Assembly (NCBI GenBank): GCA_030651815.1
Contig: JAUSBW010000271.1
Location: 4,137 to 68,136, forward strand
From: Methanoregula sp.
GTDB taxonomy: Archaea > Halobacteriota > Methanomicrobia > Methanomicrobiales > Methanospirillaceae
Length of the DNA stretch: 64,000 nucleotides
Direction of reading: 5' to 3'
Positions 1 through 9,981 of this stretch are shown piece after piece. The translations under genes and the position numbers were made by a program. Each line of letters opens with the position of its first letter. Position 1 is the stretch's first letter. The notes beneath the pieces are model-generated. The model was given only the letters and a program-made list of their open reading frames with translations, did not search any database and was not told where the DNA came from.

Positions 1-146
1 AACGATATTTAATGTTTCCTCCTAAACACGCCGAAAATGCAGGACAATTGGTATCCGGGTGGTAAAAACCGGTTAAAACACGTAATCGCAGAAGATTGAT
101 ACGTGTGCCGGGCAATTGAACACATCAGGAACGGGGGTGAGAAAGA

Positions 147-335
147 ATGGTTAAAGTGATCTACGAAGGGGACGATTTCAAACGTATGTTAAGGACGGAT
201 TTGCAGAAACTTGAGCGTCTTGTCGAATCAAAAAAGGTTGGCATCTTTGAAGTGGACTATAAGGAAGGAAAGATCAAGGTGGAAATTAAAAAGAAGGGAA
301 ATGACATTGTTGTAAAACGCTTCAGGGCGACCTGA
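147..335 (+). CDS. hypothetical small protein (62 aa)
   Basis: Intact ORF with a purine-rich GGGGGTGAG stretch a few nt upstream of the ATG. K/E-rich product, no motif recognised. Confidence 0.3.
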   Translation: MVKVIYEGDDFKRMLRTDLQKLERLVESKKVGIFEVDYKEGKIKVEIKKKGNDIVVKRFRAT

Positions 336-441
336 TCTCATATTTTTGAGAGATTATCTGGTTATGCCCTGCAAGTACTGGAAAAAACGTACGTGTTTTA
401 ACAAAACGGGCTGAGATGGTTTTTAAAAGTCCAGAAAAAGA

Positions 442-831
442 TCAGATCTCTTTTTTGTAATCAGAGTGCACCTTTGGCATCTTCATCTTTTGTGCTTTCT
501 GGATCTTTTTTATGGTCTCTTCTCTGGTCCGGGTGACTTTTTCTTCTGCAGATAATCCGTTTCCTGATTCCTGTTCACCTGTTTTTTTTAAGGAAAGGAA
601 ATGTTGGTACTCTTCAGAAGAAATGCCGATCTTTTTCAGTTCAGTTCCTGTAAAAAAACCATGCATGTATTTTACATGGTGATCCGGGCATATGGGAAGT
701 GTACAGTCTCCTTCTGCTGTCTTCCCTGTTACCGGCAAAAGGGTACCGGTAACTTTTTCCGGCTGCCGGCATATGCAGCAGCGGTAGTGGTGTCTGCGTC
801 GGATTGCGTCAAATTCTGCACTGTCAGTCAT
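442..831 (-). CDS. hypothetical Cys/His-rich protein (129 aa)
   Basis: ORF with a CCICRQP...CTLPICPDHH Cys/His cluster suggesting zinc binding, and a Lys-rich tail. Family not recognised. Confidence 0.4.
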   Translation of the reverse strand: MTDSAEFDAIRRRHHYRCCICRQPEKVTGTLLPVTGKTAEGDCTLPICPDHHVKYMHGFFTGTELKKIGISSEEYQHFLSLKKTGEQESGNGLSAEEKVTRTREETIKKIQKAQKMKMPKVHSDYKKEI

Positions 832-892
832 ATTTGGTCTCTTTTTTTAACAACCTGAAGTTATCAGGATTTCAGAATCAGTCAAAACCGGA

Positions 893-967
893 TGCTGCTA
901 TGGGGATTCGAACCCCAGTCGCGAGCGTGAGAGGCTCGCATGATTGGCCGGACTACACTATAGCAGC
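893..967 (-). tRNA. tRNA-Glu (anticodon CTC)
   Basis: Minus-strand cloverleaf: acceptor GCTGCTA/TAGCAGC, D-loop AGTCCGGCCAA, anticodon stem CGAGC/GCTCG with loop CTCTCAC. T-arm TGGGG-TTCGAAT-CCCCA, discriminator A, CCA not encoded. Confidence 0.85.
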
Positions 968-1216
968 GCAATTGCCCAGTAATTTGGGTGATATTTTTAC
1001 TTATAGTTTATTACGTCCTTTATCATGTTCGTTACCGCTTCCATGCCATTCATTCCGTGAAATGGGTGCAATAACGTAAGGAATCTTCGTTACGGTTAAT
1101 TTTTTTATGAAATCTGTTTCTACCAGAACTTTATCGCTTCCACCCCTTGGAAAGTCACAAACGGTATCTCTTTTCCACAACAACTATATCTCGCACATGC
1201 GGCGATTAATATAGGA

Positions 1217-2329
1217 ATGAGTAGCCTTGAGGAACAGATTAAAGAGCTCGAGGATGAGCTTGTCAAAACCCCGTATAACAAGGCTACTTCCAAGCATATC
1301 GGACGGATAAAGGCAAAGATCGCACGTCTCAGGGACGAAGCGGTAAGCCGCGCGATGAAGGCCAGCGGGGGCGGCGAAGGTTTCAATGTCAAGAAGTCCG
1401 GTGATGCCACCGCGGTCCTTGTCGGGTTCCCTTCTACGGGTAAGAGTACGCTCCTGAACAAAATGACCGGCACGGATAGTGCGGTAGCGGCGTATGCCTT
1501 CACCACGCTCACCGTTGTTCCGGGTGCCCTTGAACATAAAGGGGCAAAGATCCAGATACTCGATATTCCCGGACTTATTGCCGGCGCCGCGATGGGCAAA
1601 GGCCGGGGCAAGGAAGTTATTGCCGTGGTCCGTGGGGCGGATATCATCATCATTCTCGTGGATGTCTTCAACGAGCGGCATTTCGATGTGCTCATCAAGG
1701 AACTCTACGATGCGGGTATCCGTATCAATGTGCCAAAACCGGACATCACCATCAAGAAATCCTCGCACGGAGGAATCCGGCTCAATGCGGTCGGCACCCT
1801 GGATCTCGAAATTGAAGAAGTCCGGTCTATCCTTGCCGAGAGTAAGATGATGAACGCAGATATCCTGATCCGTGGGAACGCAACACAGGATGATCTCATC
1901 GATGCGATACAGGGCAACCGCGTGTATGTTCCGGCGTTCATCGCGGTGAATAAGGTCGATCTCGTGGATAAGGAACGGTTCCTGGAGATCGAACATGACA
2001 TCGCAGAACGGTTCGGCAACCCGCCGCTCATGATATCAGCCCATGTCGGTTATCACATTGAGGAGACAAAAGATGCGATCTATGACAGTCTCGGTTTCAT
2101 CCGTGTCTATCTCAAACCCCATGGTGGCGAAGCGGATCTTGAAGAACCCCTCATTGTCAGGAAAGGCAGCACAATAGAGGATGTCTGTACCAAGCTCCAC
2201 CGCGAATTTGTCCAGAAGTTCCGCTATTCAAGGGTCTGGGGCAAATCAGTCAAGCACCCGGGGCAGAGGGTCGGGCTCTCCCACAAACTGATCGACAGCG
2301 ATCTGATCACAATCATTGTAGAGCACTGA
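1217..2329 (+). CDS. DRG/OBG-family GTP-binding protein with C-terminal TGS domain
   Basis: G1 GFPSTGKST, G3 ILDIPGLI, G4 NKVD. N-terminal KTPYNKATSKHIGRIKAKIARLR segment typical of DRG/Rbg1. TGS-like C-terminus. Confidence 0.9.
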   Translation: MSSLEEQIKELEDELVKTPYNKATSKHIGRIKAKIARLRDEAVSRAMKASGGGEGFNVKKSGDATAVLVGFPSTGKSTLLNKMTGTDSAVAAYAFTTLTVVPGALEHKGAKIQILDIPGLIAGAAMGKGRGKEVIAVVRGADIIIILVDVFNERHFDVLIKELYDAGIRINVPKPDITIKKSSHGGIRLNAVGTLDLEIEEVRSILAESKMMNADILIRGNATQDDLIDAIQGNRVYVPAFIAVNKVDLVDKERFLEIEHDIAERFGNPPLMISAHVGYHIEETKDAIYDSLGFIRVYLKPHGGEADLEEPLIVRKGSTIEDVCTKLHREFVQKFRYSRVWGKSVKHPGQRVGLSHKLIDSDLITIIVEH

Positions 2330-2604
2330 TCCCCTGAAAAAACCGGCCAGACCGCAACCTCTTTTTTCCCAGATCTGTTTAGAAAAATAAATTTTTGCCA
2401 AAAACCGGGTATGGTCTGTACTTGTACATAAAATTCCTGCAATCCCCGGTTTTACCATAACAGAGACGGGCACTACGGGAAAAGGGTGTGCGGTTTGAGA
2501 TCGTTGTGCCTTCAGGTTCATTCAGGTCAGGAGAAAAGAAGCAGCAATAACAACGATGAGCAGATTCGCGTTGCTTGTCGGTTTTCTTTGTTTTATTCTG
2601 TTTT

Positions 2605-3726
2605 TCACCGGGTACCCGGTTGAATAGCAGATTTGATGATCTCAAGCGGCGCTTCTGTTTTGATCCCGTACCCGGAGAAATGTGTCCGGGTGGCGGCATA
2701 TCCCGCAGCCCGGATACGTTCGAGAACGGTATGGATGTCCGGAGGAGAGCAATTCAGAATTTTTGCGATATGGTGATAATCGTAGAACGATGAGGTGGGG
2801 AGTTCTTCGATGCAGAGTTCGAGAAGTTTTTTGAGATCTTTTTTCGTGCCGGGTTCCAGAGTATTCAGCTGCTCCTGCATCTGGAGGAGCGTCTCGTAGT
2901 TCCGGATACTGCCAAGCCACAGGGGGCCGATGAATCCGAGTGGTTCATTGCAGTGCGGGCATGATACGGTGGGGGGAACCATGCCCGGATGCTCCTCCCG
3001 ATACGGGCATTTCGGGCACTGGAGGATGAACCCGATCTGCTTTAAGGTATTGTCCGCTGCACCAGCTCCCCGGAGTAACCGGAGGTGGAGCCGTACGAAA
3101 TGCTCGCGGGCATAACAGAACACTGGCTCAACACCCCGGTCGTACTTGACCGTCTCGCGGACAACAAACCCGAGCAGGATCCGGAGACCCACTTCACTAT
3201 GGTACTCGGTGTTTTGTGGTCGCGCGAAATACCTCCTTATTCCCGCTTTAAGGTGTGCTCCACAGAGAGGAGCCGTATCGGTAGCGGTGACAAAGAGAAA
3301 CCTGCGCGTACCCCGGATCGCCGCATCCACCACCATTGCCGGTGTGCCGAACGGATCGAGATCCACGGCATCAAACGATCGTTCCGAGAGCAGGGCGTTA
3401 ACATCCCGCTGCACAATCTCCACCGGCAGGTTCGCATGGCTCGCATTGTACGTGATCAGTTCGATTGCTTCGGGCTCACGGTCATTGATCGTAACTGGGA
3501 TGCCACATTCATTCAACACCCGCATCCCGCGTATGCCGGTTGCCCCCATGGCGTCGAGGTATTCGGAGGGTTTGAGAATCGAGAGCAGAAGCACGGTGGC
3601 ATCGCGGTTCAGTTCCATCCGCCGGTTGAAAAAGATCGGGGCCGACCCGGGAGGAAACTGTGTAGTATTGTCCTGAACCGGAATAAAAAACCGGGTTTTT
3701 CCTTCCGTTGCCTCAATTAGCTCCAT
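2605..3726 (-). CDS. trm1: tRNA (guanine(26)-N2)-dimethyltransferase
   Basis: 373 aa. N-terminal FFNRRMELNRD and a SAM-MTase core typical of Trm1. C-terminal Cys cluster CPKCPY...CPHC. Confidence 0.9.
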   Translation of the reverse strand: MELIEATEGKTRFFIPVQDNTTQFPPGSAPIFFNRRMELNRDATVLLLSILKPSEYLDAMGATGIRGMRVLNECGIPVTINDREPEAIELITYNASHANLPVEIVQRDVNALLSERSFDAVDLDPFGTPAMVVDAAIRGTRRFLFVTATDTAPLCGAHLKAGIRRYFARPQNTEYHSEVGLRILLGFVVRETVKYDRGVEPVFCYAREHFVRLHLRLLRGAGAADNTLKQIGFILQCPKCPYREEHPGMVPPTVSCPHCNEPLGFIGPLWLGSIRNYETLLQMQEQLNTLEPGTKKDLKKLLELCIEELPTSSFYDYHHIAKILNCSPPDIHTVLERIRAAGYAATRTHFSGYGIKTEAPLEIIKSAIQPGTR

Positions 3727-3787
3727 TGCGAGACAATTATTGCAGCGCGCAAACCTTATACATATTCCTCCACAATTGGTATGGGCA

Positions 3788-3862
3788 GGGCGAGTGGCTT
3801 AGCCCGGACATAGCGTCAGCCTCCTAAGCTGAATGCCGGGGGTTCAAATCCCCCCTCGCCCG
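3788..3862 (+). tRNA. tRNA-Arg (anticodon CCT)
   Basis: 75 nt. Acceptor GGGCGAG/CTCGCCC, anticodon stem TCAGC/GCTGA with loop CTCCTAA, T-arm GGGGG-TTCAAAT-CCCCC, discriminator G. Followed by a T6 run. Confidence 0.85.
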
Positions 3863-4083
3863 TTCATGTCCGTTTTTTAGTGCATTTTATCCTCCACAGC
3901 AGAAGACCCCGCTACTGATGGCGGGGATGAATGCGTCATCATACCAAACTATTATTATGCAATACTACAAATATTAATATCCTGAGATTGGGAACACAAT
4001 CTCTGTCCGAAAGAAGGACTAGAAGCCCCGTCCTTTAGGGTGGGGAGTGTTCACTACCCTGACAACGAGATATCTGGTATCGG

Positions 4084-4923
4084 ATGAGTGCAGCAGGATT
4101 TTTCACCATCACCCGCCCGGCGAATGCGCTGGTATCCGGAATAACGGCGATCATAGCCTACCTGATCGCAACCGGAACTATTATTCCCTCTACCGTTCTC
4201 CTGCTTGTCATTGTCACCCTGATTACCGCAGCCGGAAATGTGATCAATGATTATTTCGATGCAGACATCGATCGGATCAACCGCCCTGAACGCCCGATCC
4301 CTTCCGGGATCGTAAGCCCCATGGCTGCATGGGGTTTTGCAGTTACGCTGTTTCTTTTTAGTATACTGGCAGCCCTTTTTACCCCCCCGCTCTGCCTGTC
4401 CATTACTCTGATAAATACACTGATTCTGGTACTGTATGCGGCAAAGCTCAAGAGCATGCCGGTGGTTGGCAATGCAGCAGTCGCGTATCTTGCGGCCAGC
4501 ATCTTTCTCTTCGGGGGAGCGTTTGCCGGCTGGCATGCACTTGTACTGATGCTCCCGCTTGCCGTAATCACGTTCCTTGCGACAATGGTCCGGGAAATCT
4601 TAAAAGATGCTGAGGATGTGGAGGGTGATGCTGCGGGAGGTGCCGATACTCTTCCGATCCGTATAGGTATCCGGCCGGCTACCCGCATTGCTCTGGGATT
4701 TGCTCTTGTTGCTGCTGTTGCAAGTGTTGTTCCTTATCTCTGGTGGGGGATGTGGTACCTCGTCGGTATTGTCATTGTCGATATCATCATTCTCGTGGCA
4801 GCAATCAGGACGCTGCCCTGTAAAACACCTGCCTCTGTCAGGGCAACCCGATCAACCACGCTCATCAAGGCGGGTATGTTTGCCGCTCTCGTGGTATTTG
4901 CACTGTCGGCAATTTTCCTGTAA
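4084..4923 (+). CDS. UbiA-family prenyltransferase, digeranylgeranylglyceryl phosphate synthase-like
   Basis: Polytopic membrane protein with the Asp-rich motif NVINDYFDADIDRINRPERPIPSG and a second acidic motif KDAEDVEGD. Confidence 0.8.
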   Translation: MSAAGFFTITRPANALVSGITAIIAYLIATGTIIPSTVLLLVIVTLITAAGNVINDYFDADIDRINRPERPIPSGIVSPMAAWGFAVTLFLFSILAALFTPPLCLSITLINTLILVLYAAKLKSMPVVGNAAVAYLAASIFLFGGAFAGWHALVLMLPLAVITFLATMVREILKDAEDVEGDAAGGADTLPIRIGIRPATRIALGFALVAAVASVVPYLWWGMWYLVGIVIVDIIILVAAIRTLPCKTPASVRATRSTTLIKAGMFAALVVFALSAIFL

Positions 4924-5010
4924 AAAAAGTCCGGCCACTTATGGGAGACCGGTTTTTCTTAAAGCAACAAGTTTATCCCCTGATCATACCTCAATTACCT
5001 TGAGGGAGCA

Positions 5011-5424
5011 ATGCCGACACTTTTCCAGAAAGGTAATATTTTTTTTGCACAAAAAGGAGCGTATTTTGAAGGGAACGTGAAGATTGACGGGGATTTTATC
5101 GTCCCTGCCCACACCCATTTCTGGGGGAGGCTCACAGTCACCGGAACACTTGAACTGGGTCCGCGCTCCAGTGTTGCACTCGATATCAGCTGCTGGAATG
5201 CGATCATCGGCAGCCAGTCCCGGATCAAAGGGCCGATTGTTGCGCAGGGGGATGTCACGATCCTCGATCATGCAGCAGTCCATTCTGTAAAGGCGGGCGG
5301 CAAGGTGATCCTGCGTACCGGTGTCCACGTCGGGGATGTGACCAGTGAGGACACGATCATTGTTCATGGCAAGATCAAAAGCGGGAAATTAACTGGCAAG
5401 AATATAAAGGTCCTCGGGAATTGA
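5011..5424 (+). CDS. bactofilin-like polymer-forming protein
   Basis: 137 aa of repetitive beta-helix-like segments (G-x-V/I-x-G patterns such as GNVKIDGDF, GRLTVTGTL, GDVTILD, GKVILRTG, GKIKSGKL). Confidence 0.5.
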   Translation: MPTLFQKGNIFFAQKGAYFEGNVKIDGDFIVPAHTHFWGRLTVTGTLELGPRSSVALDISCWNAIIGSQSRIKGPIVAQGDVTILDHAAVHSVKAGGKVILRTGVHVGDVTSEDTIIVHGKIKSGKLTGKNIKVLGN

Positions 5425-6105
5425 TGCGGGATCCACCCCAAGCATTGCCACTTCATAGACATCCGCCCAGTTCACAATTGTTTCCACGCATCCTTCTTTG
5501 AGTGTCACAACACCCATCACGATGAGCCCCATCTTGTCGGCCATGTCGATACCCTCTTTGACCTCAGAAAGGCACCCGACCCCGATGATCGCCTTTGGGC
5601 GGTATTTTTTTACCATGCGCTTGATAAATGACGAGCCCGGCACAATGAAGATGCGGTAGCCCATTTTCTCAAGTATACTCCGTGCTTCACCTACTGAACA
5701 CTGCCCGCAGGACCGGCATTTGAGACCTTCCGGAGTGAGATGGGCAGGACAGCGGGATGAGCGCAGGCACTGCGGCATAAAGATTGCCCGTTCTGTAACC
5801 GGGATGCGCGAAAACCCGGTCGTGTTCATGGTATTATGGATCTTGATCAAAAACGTGAGCATCTCCCGGTCTTCAAGGCCGAGAAACCGGAAGAACGCTT
5901 TCATCAGCCCCTCAAAAAAGACGAGGCCAGCCTTGATCAGCCGGGGAAAATAGAGATGCCCCCTCTTTATCGAGTAGAGCGATATCAGGGCAAGAATGAA
6001 CGCGATGACCAGCGCTCCGATTATGATAAGAACCGTGAGTTCCCCGATGAGGAACATCAGTTGGTTGTAGGGGGTGAAATCGAAATCCATAGGAACCGGA
6101 GCCAT
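5389..6105 (-). CDS. DUF116-family membrane protein
   Basis: N-terminal TM segments, then CPAHLTPEGLKCRSCGQC and a C-terminal GVGCL...KEGC region characteristic of DUF116. Start placed at the internal ATG (MAPVPMDF) to avoid overlapping the upstream gene. Confidence 0.65.
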   Translation of the reverse strand: MAPVPMDFDFTPYNQLMFLIGELTVLIIIGALVIAFILALISLYSIKRGHLYFPRLIKAGLVFFEGLMKAFFRFLGLEDREMLTFLIKIHNTMNTTGFSRIPVTERAIFMPQCLRSSRCPAHLTPEGLKCRSCGQCSVGEARSILEKMGYRIFIVPGSSFIKRMVKKYRPKAIIGVGCLSEVKEGIDMADKMGLIVMGVVTLKEGCVETIVNWADVYEVAMLGVDPASIPEDLYILAS

Positions 6106-6115
6106 TTTTTTAGAA

Positions 6116-7159
6116 TTATGTGGTGCTATGATGCGATAAGAGTTTATGTATATCAATGGGAGGGCGCAGCACACCCGTTTCCGTGATGACTGCAGTCACC
6201 AGTTCCATTGGAGTAGCATCGAAGGCATAGTTCTTCACATGTGCTCCCTCGGGTACATAGGTGCGTCCGCCCATGATGGTCACCTCATCGCGTCCACGCT
6301 CCTCGATGATCACATCCTTCCCGGCGTTTTTTGGATCAAATGTGGAGAGCGGTGCGGCAACATAAAACGGGATATTGTGATGATGTGCACAGATGGCATG
6401 CATGTAGGTGCCGATCTTGTTAAAGACCGCATCGCGGGTGATGCGATCAGCCCCGACAACCACGACATCGATCGCTCCTTTGCGCATGAGGTGTGCAGCA
6501 GCGGAATCCGGGATCGTGGTCACGTCGATCCCATCACGTGCAAGTTCCCATGCGGTGAGCCGGGCACCCTGCAGGAGCGGGCGTGTCTCGCAGGAGATCA
6601 CTTTCACATTTTTTCCGGCCGATACTCCTGAACGTATAACCCCAAGTGCTGTGCCCCACGATGAGCAGGCAAGGGCTCCGGCATTGCAATGGGTAAGCAC
6701 CGTGCAGGTGTCGGGCAGAAGAGCGGCTCCGTGTTTACCGATCGCGTGGCAGCACGCGGTATCCTCGCGGGCGATTCCCTCTGCTTTGGCAATTGCCCGT
6801 AAGCAGGCTTCATTGCAGTCATGTGTGTGTGCCATCGCCCCAAGCACCCGGTCAATGCCCCATGCAAGGTTAATTGCAGTCGGACGGGTTGACCGAAGTA
6901 TGTCTGCATCCCTTTGCACTGCTGCCATAAATGATTTCAGATCTTTTCCATCTGCAAGCACAGCGGCAAGTGCTACGCCATATGCTCCTGCAACACCGAG
7001 CGCGGGAGCGCCGCGTATCTCCAGCCGACGGATTGCGGTTGCCAGCCTTTCGATGCTGCGGCATTCGACAATCGAGTACTCATTGGGAAGGAGCGTCTGT
7101 TCGATATAGTGGATGCTCATGTTCTCTGCATCCCACCAGAGGGTGGCAGTCTCATTCAC
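6116..7159 (-). CDS. mtnA: S-methyl-5-thioribose-1-phosphate isomerase / eIF-2B-like family protein
   Basis: N-terminal IEQTLLPNEY...AIRRLEIRGAPALGVAGAYG, matching the MtnA/eIF2B-related fold. 347 aa. Confidence 0.8.
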   Translation of the reverse strand: MNETATLWWDAENMSIHYIEQTLLPNEYSIVECRSIERLATAIRRLEIRGAPALGVAGAYGVALAAVLADGKDLKSFMAAVQRDADILRSTRPTAINLAWGIDRVLGAMAHTHDCNEACLRAIAKAEGIAREDTACCHAIGKHGAALLPDTCTVLTHCNAGALACSSWGTALGVIRSGVSAGKNVKVISCETRPLLQGARLTAWELARDGIDVTTIPDSAAAHLMRKGAIDVVVVGADRITRDAVFNKIGTYMHAICAHHHNIPFYVAAPLSTFDPKNAGKDVIIEERGRDEVTIMGGRTYVPEGAHVKNYAFDATPMELVTAVITETGVLRPPIDIHKLLSHHSTT

Positions 7160-8436
7160 GCGGATCGCGCCCTTACCGCATCGATATATGCCCGCATAGC
7201 TGCAGATCCTCCGGATGCTACACTATCCGGTATATCGCGGGGAGCGGTTGCAGTGCCTGCAACATAGATTCCGGGACGCAGGGTTGCAACCGTGTCCATG
7301 GCATCATGCACGGATTTGAAAAAACCGGTGGTTTCGAGGGAGATCCCGCACTTCACAGCAATGCCGGCAGCATTATCCGATGGGCCAATCCCAATCGAGA
7401 GCACCACAAGATCCGGGTGGAGGATGAGGACTTCTGAGGTTTCGGTGTTTTCCAGCTGAAGGATTAAACCGTTCCGGTCAGCGAGGATATCTGCGGGCAT
7501 ACCCCGCAGGAACCGGATCCCCAGTGCTTTTGCGCGCTCGTAATACTCCTCGTAGCCTTTGCCATATGCCCGGATGTCCATATAGCAGAGAGTGATCTCA
7601 ATTGCCGGCTGCTTCTCTTTGATGAGCATCGCGTTCTTCATTGCCTGCATACAGCAGATACACGAGCAGTAAGGTCGATCAATGGACATATCGCGTGAAC
7701 CTACACACTGGATGAACACAATGCTCTTTGGCACTGCCCCGTTGCTTAAGCGTTTGATCTTTCCCCCGGTAGGGCCGCTGGCATTGATCATCCGTTCCAG
7801 TTCGAGGCTGGTTATTACATCCGGCAGAATGAGGTGGCCGAACTGTTCTTTGATCCTGGCATCAAAGACCGCATAGCCGGTCGTAATCACGATACTTGCC
7901 GCATTGATGGTGATCTTCTTTCCTTCATCCTTGCGCAGTATCGCATTGGGGCCACAGGCATCATAGCAGAGTCCGCATTCAATGCAGTGTTCTGCATCCT
8001 TGACCACGATATCCGGAACAGCCTGTGCGTGGGGCTTGTAAATTGCTTTCCTTACGCCGATACCTGCATCAAACCGGTTATACACTTCAACAGGGCAGAT
8101 CTCAATACAGTCACCGCAGCCATTACAGAGTTCTGCGTCTACGTATCTCGGATGCTCTTTTATCGTGACCGTGAAATGCCCGACTTCTCCTTCGATCGTT
8201 TCAACTTCTGCGCAGGTATGGATGGTGATGAGCGGGTGGCGTGATACGTCTACCATCTTTGGGGAGAGGATGCACATCGAGCAGTCGTTTGTCGGGAATG
8301 TTTTGTCAAGCTGGGCCATATGGCCGCCAATACTCGGTTCGCGCTCGATCAGGTGCACCTGAATACCGTGACCTGCGATATCGAGCGCTGCCTGGATACC
8401 TGCGATACCAGCGCCGATGACTACCACATCACTCAT
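7156..8436 (-). CDS. HdrA-like FAD-dependent iron-sulfur oxidoreductase (short form)
   Basis: VVIGAGIAGIQAA dinucleotide fold, the HdrA signature DKTFPTNDCSMCIL, and ferredoxin motifs CNGCGDCIEICP and CIECGLCYDACG. Start placed at MSDVVVIG. Confidence 0.8.
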   Translation of the reverse strand: MSDVVVIGAGIAGIQAALDIAGHGIQVHLIEREPSIGGHMAQLDKTFPTNDCSMCILSPKMVDVSRHPLITIHTCAEVETIEGEVGHFTVTIKEHPRYVDAELCNGCGDCIEICPVEVYNRFDAGIGVRKAIYKPHAQAVPDIVVKDAEHCIECGLCYDACGPNAILRKDEGKKITINAASIVITTGYAVFDARIKEQFGHLILPDVITSLELERMINASGPTGGKIKRLSNGAVPKSIVFIQCVGSRDMSIDRPYCSCICCMQAMKNAMLIKEKQPAIEITLCYMDIRAYGKGYEEYYERAKALGIRFLRGMPADILADRNGLILQLENTETSEVLILHPDLVVLSIGIGPSDNAAGIAVKCGISLETTGFFKSVHDAMDTVATLRPGIYVAGTATAPRDIPDSVASGGSAAMRAYIDAVRARSA

Positions 8437-8926
8437 GGTGGGCGTACTCCCCGGCAAGTTCAATGTATGACGCAGCGTTTTTAAGGATCAGTTCCTGTTG
8501 CGCGGAGTCTGCCTCTTTGACAATCTTTCCTGGAACGCCTACTACTACGGATCGCGGGGGGATCAGTTTGCCCTCGGTAATCACGGCTCCTGCGCCAATG
8601 ACGGATCCCTCGCCAACTGTTGCACCGTTCAAGACGATCGATCCCATACCTACAAGCACACGGTTTCCTATAGTGCAGCCGTGCAGGATCGCACCATGCC
8701 CGACCGACACATCGGTTCCCAGTATGACCGGATGTCCTTTACTTGTATGCACAACACAATTGTCCTGGATGTTGGACCTGTCCCCAATCACGATCCGGTC
8801 CTTGTCAGCCCGGATAACAGCGCCAAACCAGACCCCCACCTGTTTTCCGATCGTGACATCGCCGATGATCGTTGCGTTCCCCGCTGCAAAGAGCGGCACG
8901 CCGGAGACTTTTCCATCCATATGCAT
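8429..8926 (-). CDS. gamma-carbonic-anhydrase-family / hexapeptide-repeat protein
   Basis: Left-handed beta-helix hexapeptide repeats throughout (IGDVTIG, IGDRSNIQD, VGHGAILHG, VGMGSIVLNG, IGAGAVI). Confidence 0.85.
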   Translation of the reverse strand: MHMDGKVSGVPLFAAGNATIIGDVTIGKQVGVWFGAVIRADKDRIVIGDRSNIQDNCVVHTSKGHPVILGTDVSVGHGAILHGCTIGNRVLVGMGSIVLNGATVGEGSVIGAGAVITEGKLIPPRSVVVGVPGKIVKEADSAQQELILKNAASYIELAGEYAHHE

Positions 8927-8956
8927 AATAACATAAGGAATTAAGAATCAAAGAGC

Positions 8957-9415
8957 ATGAAGGTTATGGTTGGGGGTACCTTCGATCCCTTTCACGATGG
9001 GCATAAAGTCCTGCTCGGTCGGTCATTTGAGATCGCCGGATCGCATGGTCATGTGGTGATCGGACTTACCACCGACAGCTTTGCCAGCCGGAAGACCCAT
9101 CCAGTCCGCCCGTTTGAGGTCCGGAAATCCGAACTTGAACAGTATATCAAAAGCAGTAATTTTTCAACCCCGTTTGTTGTTGAGCCCCTGCAGGACCGTT
9201 TCGGTTCTGCACTCGATGCAGATTTCGATGCGATTATTGTATCAGAAGAGACTCTTCCCGTTGCTGTTGAAATTAACAAGCTTCGCAGACAAAACGGGAG
9301 AAAGAAAGTCGATATCCACCAGATCAGCTGTGTGCTTGCTGAAGACGGTCGCTGGATCTCAAGCACCCGGATTTTTCGCGGAGAGATCGATATCCACGGG
9401 CACCTGATGCGATGA
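8957..9415 (+). CDS. coaD: archaeal phosphopantetheine adenylyltransferase
   Basis: Cytidylyltransferase motif GGTFDPFHDGH at the N-terminus. 152 aa, matching archaeal PPAT size and layout. Confidence 0.75.
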   Translation: MKVMVGGTFDPFHDGHKVLLGRSFEIAGSHGHVVIGLTTDSFASRKTHPVRPFEVRKSELEQYIKSSNFSTPFVVEPLQDRFGSALDADFDAIIVSEETLPVAVEINKLRRQNGRKKVDIHQISCVLAEDGRWISSTRIFRGEIDIHGHLMR

Positions 9416-9504
9416 GATTGCCGTCAGGCGCTCTTTGTAATTATCTGAACGTGTGACCGGTATTTATCGCCCTGTCATCAAAAAAACTAAATGAAAAACA
9501 AATT

Positions 9505-9981
9505 TCAGATGATATAACTGGTCAGATCTTTTGTAATCACCCAGTCACAGTAGTGACAGTGAAGTCCTGTGGGCAGCACCCGGAACTTGCTCTGGATTGG
9601 TTCATTGGTATTCGAGATGCAGCCCGGGTTGGGGCAGCGGACGAGCCCCTGGATCAGGTTTGGGATCTCGACTCCCTTCTTCTCGCAGACTTTAAAGTTC
9701 CTGATGATATTGATCGTTGCATGGGGTGAGATGAGGGCAATACGGTCAACTTCTTCTTTTGAGAGTTCCCGGTTGGTAAGCTTGACGATGTCCTTTCGCC
9801 CCATGTCCCGGCTCGGGACATTGGTGGCAATCGAGAGCGCTTCCTGCGTTGTTCCGGTGATTCCGAGGATCTTTACGACATTGAGCGCTTCGCCGCCATC
9901 GATGTGATCGATCACAGTGCCGTTCCTGATCCTCCGGATAAGAAGCCTTTCATTCTCATCAGCAGTGCCGGTATGGGTCAT
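9505..9981 (-). CDS. pyrI: aspartate carbamoyltransferase regulatory subunit
   Basis: IRNGTVIDHI allosteric domain and the C-terminal zinc cluster CPNPGC...CHYC. 4-nt overlap with pyrB. Confidence 0.9.
   Translation of the reverse strand: MTHTGTADENERLLIRRIRNGTVIDHIDGGEALNVVKILGITGTTQEALSIATNVPSRDMGRKDIVKLTNRELSKEEVDRIALISPHATINIIRNFKVCEKKGVEIPNLIQGLVRCPNPGCISNTNEPIQSKFRVLPTGLHCHYCDWVITKDLTSYII

Noticed and set aside
1184-1996. Long antisense or overlapping ORFs opposite well-supported genes. Examples: 1184-1996 and 1120-1698 opposite the DRG GTPase, 3085-3720 opposite trm1, 6408-7109 opposite mtnA, 33020-33664, 41751-42434, 59062-59865, 59977-60672, 60676-61230.
   Set aside because: They lie entirely within strongly motif-supported genes on the other strand or frame. 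Their products are Arg/Ser/Gly/Pro-rich and low-complexity with no motifs. These are typical shadow ORFs of GC-rich coding DNA.
3905-3990. Possible C/D-box sRNA downstream of tRNA-Arg (CTGATGG / GATGAAT ... CTGA).
   Set aside because: The box sequences deviate from RUGAUGA/CUGA, there is no convincing C'/D' pair or terminal stem, and the spacing (~70 nt) is only loosely compatible.
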